The notes below the pieces were generated by a model. The model saw only the letters and a program-made list of their open reading frames with translations, was not told where the DNA came from and did no database searches. Shown piece after piece: positions 1 through 12,104 of a stretch of DNA of 64,000 nt. The position numbers were made by a program, and so were the translations under genes. This DNA is from Mizuhopecten yessoensis (taxonomy: Eukaryota): assembly GCF_002113885.1 (NCBI RefSeq), contig NW_018408747.1, positions 59,655 to 123,654 of the forward strand. The letters run 5' to 3'. Position 1 is the first letter of the stretch; each line of letters opens with the position of its first letter.

Positions 1-143
1 AGACAAACACGAACATATCGCAGCCTCCCAAAATACACACACATACACTACACGCATGCATCTTGCACACAGGGGAGGCCGTCCTTAAATGACCTTAGCT
101 GTTAATAGGACGTTAAACAAAATCAAACAAACAAACAAACAAT
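1..143 (+). mobile_element. 3' end of a bivalve-type SINE with (CAAA)n tail
   Basis: (CA)n-like tract, then taaatgaccttagctgttaataggacgttaaac, then a CAAA-repeat tail. Resembles 3' ends of mollusc SINEs; family not verified. Confidence 0.55.
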
Positions 144-1830
144 CTTCTAGTGGATATTGTAATATTTTTATTATTGAGTAAATAATACAAATCTTGTGTC
201 TCTTTTTTCCTGCGGAAAAGTATTTCTAGATTAATTCGTATGAAAAGATAGATAGGACATGGTAAATCTTGTTTCTGTATATGTTTTCGAATAGCTCAAA
301 TAAGTCCATGGTATGTAAGAAAGTTTGTATTTATACCAAAGACCTGTTGAAATTCCTGAAAAGAGTAAAACAAATTAGTGTCTTTATTAATCAAGTCGCT
401 AATAATAATAATTACTTTATTGTACCAATCCCGATAAAAAATACTACTTTAATTACATTATTATACCATATTGGTGTTTCGGCCAATTTATCTGGAGATT
501 GATAAGAATAGTGTTCATTTGATAAGTTTATCCATGCTTCAAAAACATCTTTCAAAAATGAATTTTTACAGTTATTGTGACATATTGCAATATACTCAGT
601 TCCAAAGTTAGTCAAAATATGATCATCAACAGAAGTTCTTAAAATAATTTGCCATTTACTTGGACTTGTGTAGAGTCTCCTTAACCATGTTAATTTTAGA
701 GATTCAATGAAAGACTTTACACGTAAAAAAAATTATACCTCCGTCAATGTAATTGTTAACAGTTATATCTCTTTTCACTTTATCTATTTTACTTTTCCAC
801 AAAGAACAGTACAGTTCTATGTTTAACTTTTTCAGGAATTCTCATCTGGGTTTGGTAAAGAGATAAAGAGATGATTAAACTGAGAAATTAATAGTGCCTT
901 TATAATATGGATTCTACCTATTGGAGTCAAAATTCTTCTTTCCCAAGTTCTAATAATGGTCTTTATCTTCACTAGTTTTTTTTTATCATAACTCAGTTTA
1001 GGTATTCGGTGTAGGTCAACATGAAACTCAATGCCTAAAAGTATAAATGTTTGATTTCCCCACTGTTTATTCAATTGAGGGTACACAACTTCATCACTAT
1101 ATATTTTACTCCCAATCCAAATAGCCTGTGTTTTAGATACATTCATTTTTAATCCAGATATGTTTGCAAAAGTTTTTAGTTCATCAATTGATTCTTTAAG
1201 TGATCTCTCTATTCCATCTAAAATCAGTAAAGTGTCATCCGCATATTGAGACAGTAAAATAGGTCTATTATCAATATCAATACCTTTTATATTTTTGATT
1301 GTTCCATATTTTGATAGCTAAATTTTCAGCACACATTATAAATATATATGGTGCGATGGGGTCCCCCTGCCTACAGCCTCTTTCAATTTCGAAAAATGGA
1401 GACAAATTTCCCCCCTGATTAATAGCTGAACTTGACTTGTTTTGTAGAATTTATACTCACTTTTTTATATCTTCCCCAAAATTAAAATAATCCATAACTT
1501 CATCAATAAACTTCCAAGAAACAAAGTCAAAAGCTTTTTCAAAATCAATAATTAACAACATTCCAGGTATATTTCTATCTTCTGCATATTGCATGATATC
1601 ATATACAATTCGATTGTTTTCCCCAATATAGCGCCCTGCAATAAATCCTGTTTGATCTGTATTCATTATTTTATTTCAAACTGTTTTTATTCTGCTTGCT
1701 ATTGATCCTGATGCAATTTTATAAATAATATTAAGTAAAGAAATTGGTCTCCAATTTTTAAGATATTGTCGATTTTTTACTGTATACCCATCGGAGCCTG
1801 GGCTTTTATTTTTTTCATAGTTTTTAAAGT
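144..1830 (-). mobile_element. Degenerate L1/Tx1-clade LINE ORF2 (reverse transcriptase) fragment
   Basis: Minus-strand motifs DQTGFIAGRYIGEN, LLIIDFEKAFDFVSW, GCRQGDP and SQYADD, plus LTPIGRIHIIKALLISQFNHL; interrupted by frameshifts and stops. Confidence 0.9.
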
Positions 1831-2031
1831 ATTATCTAAATGAAATTAAAATAGCCTGCCCACGCTCAGATTCCTTTGCGAATTGAAAACCACATACACT
1901 TGAATACATGTATATCTGTGATTAACATGATAACCTTTAGTGTGATTATTTGTTCTAATAGTGTTTCTTATTGCACTCTGTTGTACAATTGGGACACACT
2001 TAAATCATGAAGGATGATTTGTTTAAATGCT

Positions 2032-2222
2032 TGACCCTAGCTGTTGTTTGGCCCAACAAAAGTAGATACCGTCGTCATATGACCCTAGCTGTTGTTTGGC
2101 CCAACAATAGTAATCATCGTCGTCATATGGCGCTAACTGTTGTTTGGCCCAACATAGTAGATATCGTCCTCATATGCGCTAGCTGTTGTGTAGCCCCACC
2201 AGTAGTTGGCACCGTCGTCATA
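2032..2222. repeat. 48-bp tandem repeat, about 4 copies
   Basis: Unit tgaccctagctgttgtttggcccaacaaaagtagataccgtcgtcata; it accounts for the 16-aa periodicity in ORF 2007..2501. Confidence 0.85.
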
Positions 2223-2810
2223 CAAGACGCGTATGTTCACTGTGACGTAGATAGGTTGTTGCTGACAACATTTCCTTTGCTCTACAGGATATGTCATGAT
2301 TACCAGGTTTCAACTAAAGTGGCACAGGGAATATTTATTTACGAGTATTTTGCTTTTGAGTCTTCTCAGTGCATACTTTTGTTTTTGAATTTCGACTTTG
2401 AATTACGAATTGTCACTATATGGTATAGATATATATATATATATACTTATACACACATATTATTAAAATGTGTTTATGTATGGCTCATAGCGGACGTTTG
2501 AAACGTTTATCTACTGCCAGATAACAAAATATACAAGCGTTTGTAGCGTATCAGTACATATTCAATATCATGTCAATCACATGATGAAACGCTGATATAT
2601 TTATATCATTATGTACCATTATCAGGGTACTGAACTTGATAATAGTCGAAAGAACAGGAAGTTCTGTCCAATATATCCCATGTGTACTTACCTGTATTGG
2701 ATAGATACATTTAAAACCTTTTATAAGGATAGTTATTTACTACATTAACCACAGTCACAAACTCACTAATCTGAAGAATTAGCCGTCTAAAATTCTGTTT
2801 AAAACTTATT

Positions 2811-3368
2811 AAACAAGGAAATGTCTGTAAGACATAAATGCCCCGCTGTCATGGGAAATTAGTTTCAGTGTTCTATAAAAAGTAGCAACCACTTTGATCT
2901 TGATACCCTGAATGAAGTTGCTAAGTGTTTACGTTGAATCAGTCGATGATTTTCTATATAAAGCAAGTGTGACCTTGGCCTTGACCTTGGATACCTGAAA
3001 TACAACGATGTCCGAAGTATACTCATACCTGTACTTGACCTTTGTATTAAGTTTGACCATAATCTGTCAAAGAATGAAGTTGATAAGTATTTACATTGAA
3101 TCGGGACGGGACGGGACGATTTTCTATATATAGCAAGTGTGACCTTGCCATTGATCTTGGATCCCTAAAATACAATGATGTCCGAAGTATAATCATACTT
3201 GACCTTTGTATAAGGTTTGACCAAAATCTGTCAAAGAATGAAGTTGATAAGTGTTAACATTGAATCGGGACGGGACGGGACGCAACGCAACGTGACGGGA
3301 CGGGACGGGACGGGACGGGACGGGCATGGGTGATACTATATGACCTCATTTTATGGCGGGGGCATAAA
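2811..3368 (-). mobile_element. HINE/pearl-type non-autonomous Helentron-like element
   Basis: Ends aaacaag...atgccccgc and gcgggggcataaa (subterminal inverted repeat). Internal ~170-bp tandem repeats (gtgtgaccttg...gaatgaagttgataagt) and a (GGGAC)n microsatellite. Confidence 0.65.
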
Positions 3369-6300
3369 CATCATAGTTGTTATCTTAAGTTTAACTGAAT
3401 AACACTTTTCAATCTTCAAAATGATAGTTAATTGCTAAGTAATAAATGTCTCTTGGAGGTTGTGTAAAAACCTATTTTTAATAAACAAAATACAGATCTT
3501 GTAATTACAAAATTAGAAAAGTTTGTGTGATACAATATGCTTGGAGAAACCTCGGTTTAACGCCTATTGTTTTATCTGTCACTTCGCTTATTGCCAACAA
3601 ATTTCAAGGTTACAGTATCCATTTTTCTCAATAACATATGTATACGTTTCCTTCGCCTAACCTCTTTAAAATGACAATGTAAAACGATAATGTTGGATTT
3701 TACTATACATTTATAACCTCTTTATATATAACAGATACATGTCCTTATTTGGAGCAATCATGTAGTGCATACCATGTTGGTATAGGGGATGGGGGAATTC
3801 TACCAAATGGTGTATAATTTGGCTCAGAGCCAAGAGTTCGCCGACGTGCATAGCCTAATACTAGTAAACCCGAGAAAAAGGATTTCCCTGTTTTCCATAT
3901 CAAACATTATGATTGACTTTTTTCTCCCACTTTCTATCCGGGAATTACGTAAAAATCGACGATAACTTTGCGAATACTACAGTAACAAAGTAGATTTCAA
4001 GTTGACATACAAATTAAGTAAGAACACATTTGCTAACGTTTCACAGGACTTTGTTTTATTAATTGTTTATATCAGTGGGCTATATCAGATGACATCAATT
4101 AAATAATGTTACGTACACATTTGAATGATATCATGTTTCGGAAAGTCAGTCGATGAAATACTTAACATTTTAAACTCAAACAGTGTGTTTTCCACATGGG
4201 AAACGTATATCTTGCATACACAGACATGTGGAAAATATATGTATTGCATGACTGCCTGATTGATCTAAATCGTGACTAGGAAACGCATAAAAACAAACTG
4301 ATTCATTTAAACTGTTCAGTATCTGGTGTACCGACGTTTTGTAACCTGACGGTATCTTACTGTTTCAAATGACAACCGTCATTGTTTAATTGTCATTTTC
4401 ATCTGTGAAAAGATGTTTACCGCTAAAATACAGCGTATAACTGATATTGTCCCGCGGAAACAATACAATTATAAAACAATAGAACTGTCAAACTTTTCAA
4501 GCAGATGTTGTATTAGTAATGTACCATAAGTATACATTAATTTTCTGCTCTATTCTTATATGCGTTAAATATATTTGTTTTGTTACGTAGACCATTTATT
4601 ATAAACATTCTCAATGAAGATCGATTTTCACCTGAATCCCGGATTAACGGTCGGTTAAAAAGTCTCATATAGAAAAACAAACATTTTATCTTCGGTTGTA
4701 GGAATTCAGCCGAACAGTAAAGGATATCGCTATTGCCTAATTCACGAAAATCAAAATCAATACGAAATACTGTTTTTATTTAACTGAAGGAGAGATAATA
4801 AGACATATACATTGCCGTACATCGTACATTAAACACTGATATGGTTTTCACGAGCCATTTTTTTTTCTGCAGCAAAAAAACAAAAGAAGAAATAAAATAA
4901 AATGCGTATGCGGCGTTTAGGTCGAAATAAACACGATTATAAAAGAACACATAGTAAGTGTTGTATTTGACTTCTACATAACATCACAGCTCGACATATA
5001 TCTCTTTTCACTTTCGTCTTGGCCGAAGGTGATATCATTAAACAGGATATCACATTTAACTTAGGACCCATACAAACACAAAACACTCGTGCATTTCCTG
5101 TTTGACCAAGTGTGTATGTGTTAACATCTGATCTAGTAGCTCTATGATATAATTTCGATATCCTCCATTTCTGGCATGTATACCATAGGTCTAAAATTTA
5201 CTTTTTTTTAAATGAAGCATGACAATCCATCTTTACTGTGATCATAGGTGTATTGATAGAAAGCTTACTTACATTTTATGAACAATTTGACACAGAAAAC
5301 GCATACTTGTTAAAACAACATACTTATGGGACTGATAGTCTCCTTGTACATGTTGGATTCAGTGTTATGTATTGTTTTGTTAAATAATGGTCCTCATTTA
5401 AACATTCCCTAACAAACAGAAACCAGATTTTTCTTGTGAATTGTATAGTGTCTGAACATCCCACTACCGCTATATAACACATCCCAGAGCGGTATGTGGT
5501 TAATGAACAAACGAAAGCCGACAGGTGACATCACTCAGCATACCATTACAAGGAAACCTCCGTCCCCTATCATATAATAAAAATAATTTGAAATGCTCGA
5601 TAACTGGCAATTAAGATATTCCTCTATGCGACGACACACTGTCGTCGTATCAACCAGGCGATCGTAGTTTGCACAAAATACCTATTTGTTTGTTTATTAT
5701 ACTGCACTGTAGTGTGTATTTCTCTCTGTTATGGTAACATCGCATCACCGTTTCAAATTCCGATTTCCGCCCAAATCATGAGCATAATTCATGGTTACAA
5801 GAAATACATAAACTGAACCTAGGTATTCTTCCATGAACCCTTTTGTTGGGATGTTTGTTTTATTTTTCTATTTTGTTTTAAAAAGGTATTATAACTAAGT
5901 CACTGCTATGTCAAAACAATGTTCTTACACATACAGCTCTAACGTCACCAGTGACCAAGCTGGCAGAATGTCAGCGTAACTGTCTGGGTAAGAATATTGT
6001 TTTTGCACACATAAAAACGTTACTGGTTTAATATAATGGAGAGTAGCTTAATATATAGAGTGTCAGTCACCTTAAACAATGTATAAGAGTTCGACTTCAT
6101 TGTACTGACAAACCATGTAATAGACTGTTTAATCCCCTGACCCGTCAGTTGTGTACTAGCCATCTACATGTCTAAGGCGTTTTATATAGCCAGCGTTGGT
6201 CACAATGTAATCCATCAGCAAAAATGTCCTTTGTTGTGTTTTTTAATTGTAACGGAATATCTTTATGAGGAACATTTGTCATTTGTATGGCACTGAGGAT

Positions 6301-6773
6301 GAATCCTAAGTTATTACCTCAGTTTTAACCTATGCTCCATAAATTAATACCATTTTCAACGGATCTGATGTCATTCATCAAATACATAAACAGTAAGCAA
6401 GGTAAACCTATGCACTACGATTTCGTACTGTGCTTCCTTGGAGCACATGTGTATGTAAATGAGTTTCTTCCCTTCAATCAGAGATGAAACAGGTAACACG
6501 ATGGAGAGTCCATTAATGTCATTCTAGTTCTCTTAGGAAATCATTTGAATTGACATGCTTAATACTTGATTTTTGGCTATTGATATTTGAATGTACGATC
6601 AGAAATATTTCTTATATTGGCAGATGAATTGTTGTACTTCGTCAGTTCATATATTTTTATGTGTAACATGAACATGCAAAATGAACAATAAAGATTAAAT
6701 GAAGTGCATTATTCAATTTTTAATAATTTGGCATCATTTACATGTAATGCAAGGTTAACAGGATCAGCTGGAT

Positions 6774-8871
6774 CTAATATCCTGAAAAATAAATAAAGCA
6801 TATTAGTTGAACTTAACAGTTAAAATATATAATCGAAACAATTGTCACAAGAAGTTTGAGGTCAGAAAGTACTCATTTAAACATTAAGCAAGGGAATGTA
6901 AAAAGTCACAAGAAAAGTAAATATTTACTGGCTATTTTGTCAATTAAGAACACATCAGCGATACTAAACGTCAAACGTCTTAACGTTACATTTACAACAA
7001 TTAAAGGTACATTTGTAGTGTTTCCTGAAAACCGTCACAGAACGTATAATAAGGTCATATTCAAACTGTTAAAGGATTTGAACTGATGAGATTTGTTGTT
7101 AAGATATTTTCTTTTTGGAATTACAAGCTTGTTTATTGAGCGATACACATGTAGTTTCTCGTGCAGTTTTCAATTTAAAATAAAGAACAAGAATTAAAAG
7201 GATTTTTTCTTTTTTCTCCATATACCTTTTCCTCCGAATCCGCCTTTTCCTCCGAATCCGCCTTGGCCTCCCATTCCACTGCCAATTCCTCCGAAACCAC
7301 CATTTCCTCCGCCCATTCCTCCGAATCCACTTTTTCCGCCTGCCTTTCCTCCGAATCCGCCTTTTCCTCCGAATCCGCCTTTTCCTCCGAATCCGCCTTG
7401 GCCTCCCATTCCACTGCCAATTCCTCCGAAACCCCCATTTCCTCCGCCCATACCTCCGAACGCACTTTGTCCTCCCATTCCACCGTTCATTCCTCCGAAT
7501 CCACTTTTTCCGCCTGCCTTTCCTCCAAATCCCCCTTGTCCTCCCATATCACCGCCCATTCCTCCGAACCCACCATTTCCTCCGCCCATACCTCCGAACC
7601 CACTTTGTCCTCCCATTCCACCGCCCATTCCCCTGCCCATTCCACTGCCCATTCCTCCAAATCCACCGTTTCCTCCACCCATACCTCCGGATCCGCCTCC
7701 GTTCATGCCACCTCCCATTCCTCCTCCAGTACCGCCCATTCCTCCGAATACACCTTTTCCGCCTGCCTTTCTTCCGAATCCACCTTGTCCTCCCATTCCA
7801 CTGCCCATTCCTCCGAATCCACCGTTTCCTCCACCCATACCTCCGGATCCGCCTCCGTTCATGCCACCTCCCATTCCTCCTCCAGTACCGCCCATGCTTC
7901 CGAATCCACCACCATATCCTATAACACAGAGGGAAATGTTTTATTCATTTTTTAATCCAAACCATATAAGTATGTCAATTGTATTTCTTTTTACATATTT
8001 CTGTAAAGTGAATTGGACAATGCTTTACCAAATACCTGTGTTCAAATTAATATTTATGTAAAATACATGTATTTTCATTTTTGTTATTTTACTAGTTGCC
8101 TCCTAATGATAAACAAAAATTTATGTAAAAAAAACATATATTGAGATGTCCGAAAACGTGTGTAGGGATGTACCGCACACCGGCGTTTAAAATGATGACC
8201 ATCGCCTTACACTCCTTGAACGAGTATGACTGGATTTAAAGTGTTATTTCTATATTGCGTATTATTATATATTTTCTGTCCCTTTTCCGGCCCTGATACC
8301 GTATCTAGTTTTGATTCCTTTACGGACAACTTGGTTTTGATGTTGCCTCCGTAGTTAAGATGACGTAATTAACAGGGCAACACTAGTGGAATGTCCATTA
8401 CTTTGTATATTGTGGAATAAGAATAAGAATGATGGACTAAGAAAGCTCTAATCTGAATATCAAGTCAGTTTACGTATAACGCCAAACAGTGTTATAATTG
8501 TATTGAGACATATATTTTTTTCCGTCCATTTAGGACGCATACGTAGTACAAAAGGTCACAAGAATTAAACATTTATGTTTTAAACATTACGAAAAAGATA
8601 TTGACATAAAGGGAGAGGCGCTTATAAAATCTTTCACAACATGATAAATTAAAACATTTTGCTACAGCATATAATTTATCATCGAGAAATATATTAATGT
8701 AAAAATTGAAATGTCACAAATTATATTTCGTGTTCAGAAAGTAGCAGGGATAATTATTGAAATGATTTGGAAAGATGTACAGAGACACCTATTCGACATA
8801 ATTCTTTAAGACATACCAGCAGCTGAGACAGCAGCAACAAGGCAAACGGCAAGACAGATGTAGGTATTCAT
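6774..8871 (-). CDS. Abductin-like Gly/Met-rich secreted elastomeric protein (gene A, 251 aa)
   Basis: Coding exons 8871-8817 (signal peptide MNTYICLAVCLVAAVSAA), 7918-7226 (GYGGGFGSMGGTGG..., GGFGGM repeats) and 6781-6774 (GY*). All introns are GT-AG, phase 1; total 756 nt. N-terminus and KGY end match known scallop abductins as recalled (MNAYICLAACLIAAVSAAGYGGGAGSMGG...GGKGY). Probable non-coding exon ~9742-9686. Confidence 0.92.
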
Positions 8872-9765
8872 CCTGAGGATCTGTAGACAGACATGTGTAG
8901 ACAAATAATTATAAAGGCATTACATTTATTAAACATGTTGATATTTTGTATACTAAACTTCTTAACGAGCCTTTAAACTCATGTATTTATAGAACCTGTA
9001 ACAGTTTGTAGCTACTGCATGTTCTGATAACAGGGATATATCGAAATACTTGATACCCTGAAGTTATGTCGGGAAAGAATTCATAGTTTTCTTTCCACAG
9101 CTAGTAAATATAAGACAACGTTATGCATTTTAAATTGCGATAAATTCACATGATACATTTTAACTTTACATAATAATGTTTAACTTCACATGGTCAATTT
9201 TGAGCTACTGTAGCTAGCATTGTCTATCGCACCAAAGTTGTGATGTAGAGACCATAGCGTTATTCTTATGTATTTCACTACGTACAAAATACTCACAAGC
9301 AGGAGCTAAACGGAATCAATTATGAAGATACTTTAAGATATGTTAATAAGGATGCTTTGGCACATTTCTGATAGTGTTGATTATGACGTTTGTGTGTCAT
9401 CCCTCAAACATTAAGTATATTAATTAGAGAGTAATATATTTCTTTATTATAAAAGAGGTTTAAAACACCAATCTGAGAAATTACAAGCAATTGCCACCTT
9501 GATATTATGAGACTCAAACAGATTAAAAGACGAAGGCTTTATAGTACAACAGACAAACGTGTACCAAAACGTCAGCACATACGACAAATCCGGAACTGTT
9601 AGTCGACACAAATCGGCAATAAGATAATCCCAAAATACACTCCAAAAAGCACACAAAACGAGGTATTCTGAAATGTAAGTCGTACCTTGAAAAACAGGCT
9701 AGGAAATCTGCTGATGTCGGAGGGTAGAAAGGAGATGTGGTGATTTGTAACCTGAGGATAGCCAC

Positions 9766-9793
9766 TATTTATACTGTTAGAAACGGAAGTCTG
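9766..9793 (-). promoter_or_regulatory. Gene A core promoter: CAGACTTCCGT (ETS-like) + 9 nt + TATAAATA
   Basis: Reverse-complement motif at 9783-9793 and TATAAATA at 9766-9773. CACCAC lies ~31 nt downstream and a splice donor at 9685. Same layout as the plus-strand paralogues. Confidence 0.75.
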
Positions 9794-11440
9794 TAAAGAG
9801 CAGGTCATCACCTACATGTACGAGAAACACATCATTGATTGATCACAGAAATTAAACCCGTTAGAAAATGTCGCATATTGTTTTAAAGTTATTTAATTGT
9901 CGACAGTGGACCACATCAATATGTTTGTAACATGTAAAGTGCATGCTCAGCATGGGATAAGATACTCGGCACGTACTTGGGAATATGCATTGCGCTTTGA
10001 AGACGGTGATTGCATTAACTTGTTTTCTGTACGTGGTTGTGTAAAGGTAAAGCGTTATTGCCGACAGACACAATGCAAAATTAGATCAAAGGATAAACGT
10101 TATTTGCATAATGTAAAAGAATATGTAAGGGATGTATTTCGCATCAAAGAGTAAATTGATCAGAGAGATGCATCATCTTAATGAAATTAAAACAGTCTGC
10201 CCACGCTTAGATTTATTTGCACATCGAAAATCACATACATTTGCAAACATGTATATCTGTAATTAAAATGATAACTTTTAGTGTGATTATTTGTTTTAAT
10301 AGTGTTTCTTATTGCACTCTGTTATAAAATTGGGACACATTTAAATCATGAAGAGGGATTTGTTATAAGTGCTTAACATTTCAAAAGTAATATATTGCAA
10401 AATATGTGTAGTAATGCCCCTTGTATTCATATCTCAGATATATATTTTTTACTTCGGTTATCAAATGAATTGCAAAGAAAATAACAGAAATGGTAAAATA
10501 ATGTTAAAATTTTAATAATTTCCACGAGATGTAGAAAGCCTTAAAGACTATCATACATACCTGTGTTAAGTAAGTACGAAAAATGAGATTTGAAAGAAAA
10601 TGAAAATAGCTTTTCGTTTTTACTATTACCTATTTGTTGTATAACATTGCTTTTTTGTTCCATTTTAGTCTGTTTATCATATTGCTTTGGTTGTGAAAAA
10701 TGTAAAACAAACGTCCGATGTATGTAAAAAACTGTACAAAATATCACATTTAATATGCAAGCATTAAAACAGGGAGTTGTTTACTACATTCACCTTTTTT
10801 TTTGCCCAAATCGGGATTCAAACTAAAAAAGGTGTGAGGCAAGAATACATCCTTCACACATATTTATCTTGGTATCATATAAGTTTTGTTAGTCCGTAGT
10901 ACACCATCAACTCTGATTAATACGTTATGATCAACAAAATGGAGACATGAACGAAGTACATTCGATATGTTATGATTATCATGTTCTTGTATGCAGTGTA
11001 TTATAGGGAAATAGTATATTTTTTACATTGTTTTATATCCGTATATGCAGTTGTATTATGTATTCTCAGAATTACATGTAACATGCTATAAAAGCGACAT
11101 GATTACAAAATGGAAATCCTTGTGAAAAAAATGTTACTAAGGTATATATTTTGTCCAAACAATGATTTATATAATTATAAATATATCTAACATAATATAA
11201 AAATAATTGGATCGAAAAATAGGCTTGAAGTACATATACGTTTTTTGTAATAAACGTATGCGTCATCAGGAACATGCGAACTACCCACACCTGATGTACA
11301 TGTAGTTACAGCTAGATGTAAGAACGTGTTCAATCAATTATATAAATAACATTAATTCTATCAGATGTTCAATACAAGTGATTGCGGTGTAAAACAGTTT
11401 CGCACGATCTGACCAGACCCAATCAAAGACATTGCATGTG

Positions 11441-11468
11441 CAGACTTCCGTCTCATTTTGTATAAATA
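11441..11468 (+). promoter_or_regulatory. Gene B core promoter: CAGACTTCCGT + 9 nt + TATAAATA
   Basis: Motif 11441-11451, TATA 11461-11468, non-coding exon ending at donor GT 11537. Confidence 0.75.
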
Positions 11469-12104
11469 AAGACCCTAATCTATCTTCCTCTGCACCACCT
11501 CTCCAGTCCTCCACCAGTATCTTCTAGCCAAGTCCGGTACGTTTTATATTAAATTGATTATGCTATTTTTTTTTATACATTAGACCTAATTATCATTAAA
11601 AAAATATTGTAATTATAATTAAATGAATTCAAGTTCGTTGTGAAATATCTTGATAATCATTTAAAGAATTATTGATTGCTTTTGTTTATATTCATACATT
11701 GCTTCATTGTCACTATACAATTTATTTTTGAGATATAACAAGAAGCTTTCCGAACAGAAAATTCATATATAAGGTATTCTTTAGATGTGTTTAACTGTTG
11801 AAAGCTAAATAAAATTGGATTCGGTATATATACTTAGTATCTAAGGGTAGGCAGAAAAATGGAATAGAAATTATTTTTCGGAACACTTATTCTTTAACTA
11901 AACGATTTATATGAAATTAGATGATTTGATTAGCTAAACCTTGTTAGTTCAAATGATTGTCGGAACAAAAGACACAAGTAGCATGTTCATCCTGTTAACA
12001 GTTTAACTTTTCGATTGNTGTCGGAACAAAAGACACAAGTAACATGTTCATCTTGTTAACAGTTTAACTTTTCGATTGTAAGGTATTCCTTTCAGAACGC
12101 AAAA

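Noticed and set aside
7175-8061. Pro-rich, Ser/His-rich and Glu/Trp-rich ORFs over the Gly-rich exons (also 13298-13785, 33296-33805, 45885-46232)
   Set aside because: These are antisense or alternative-frame shadows of GGN-codon repeats. Only the Gly frame is bounded by splice sites that join a signal peptide.
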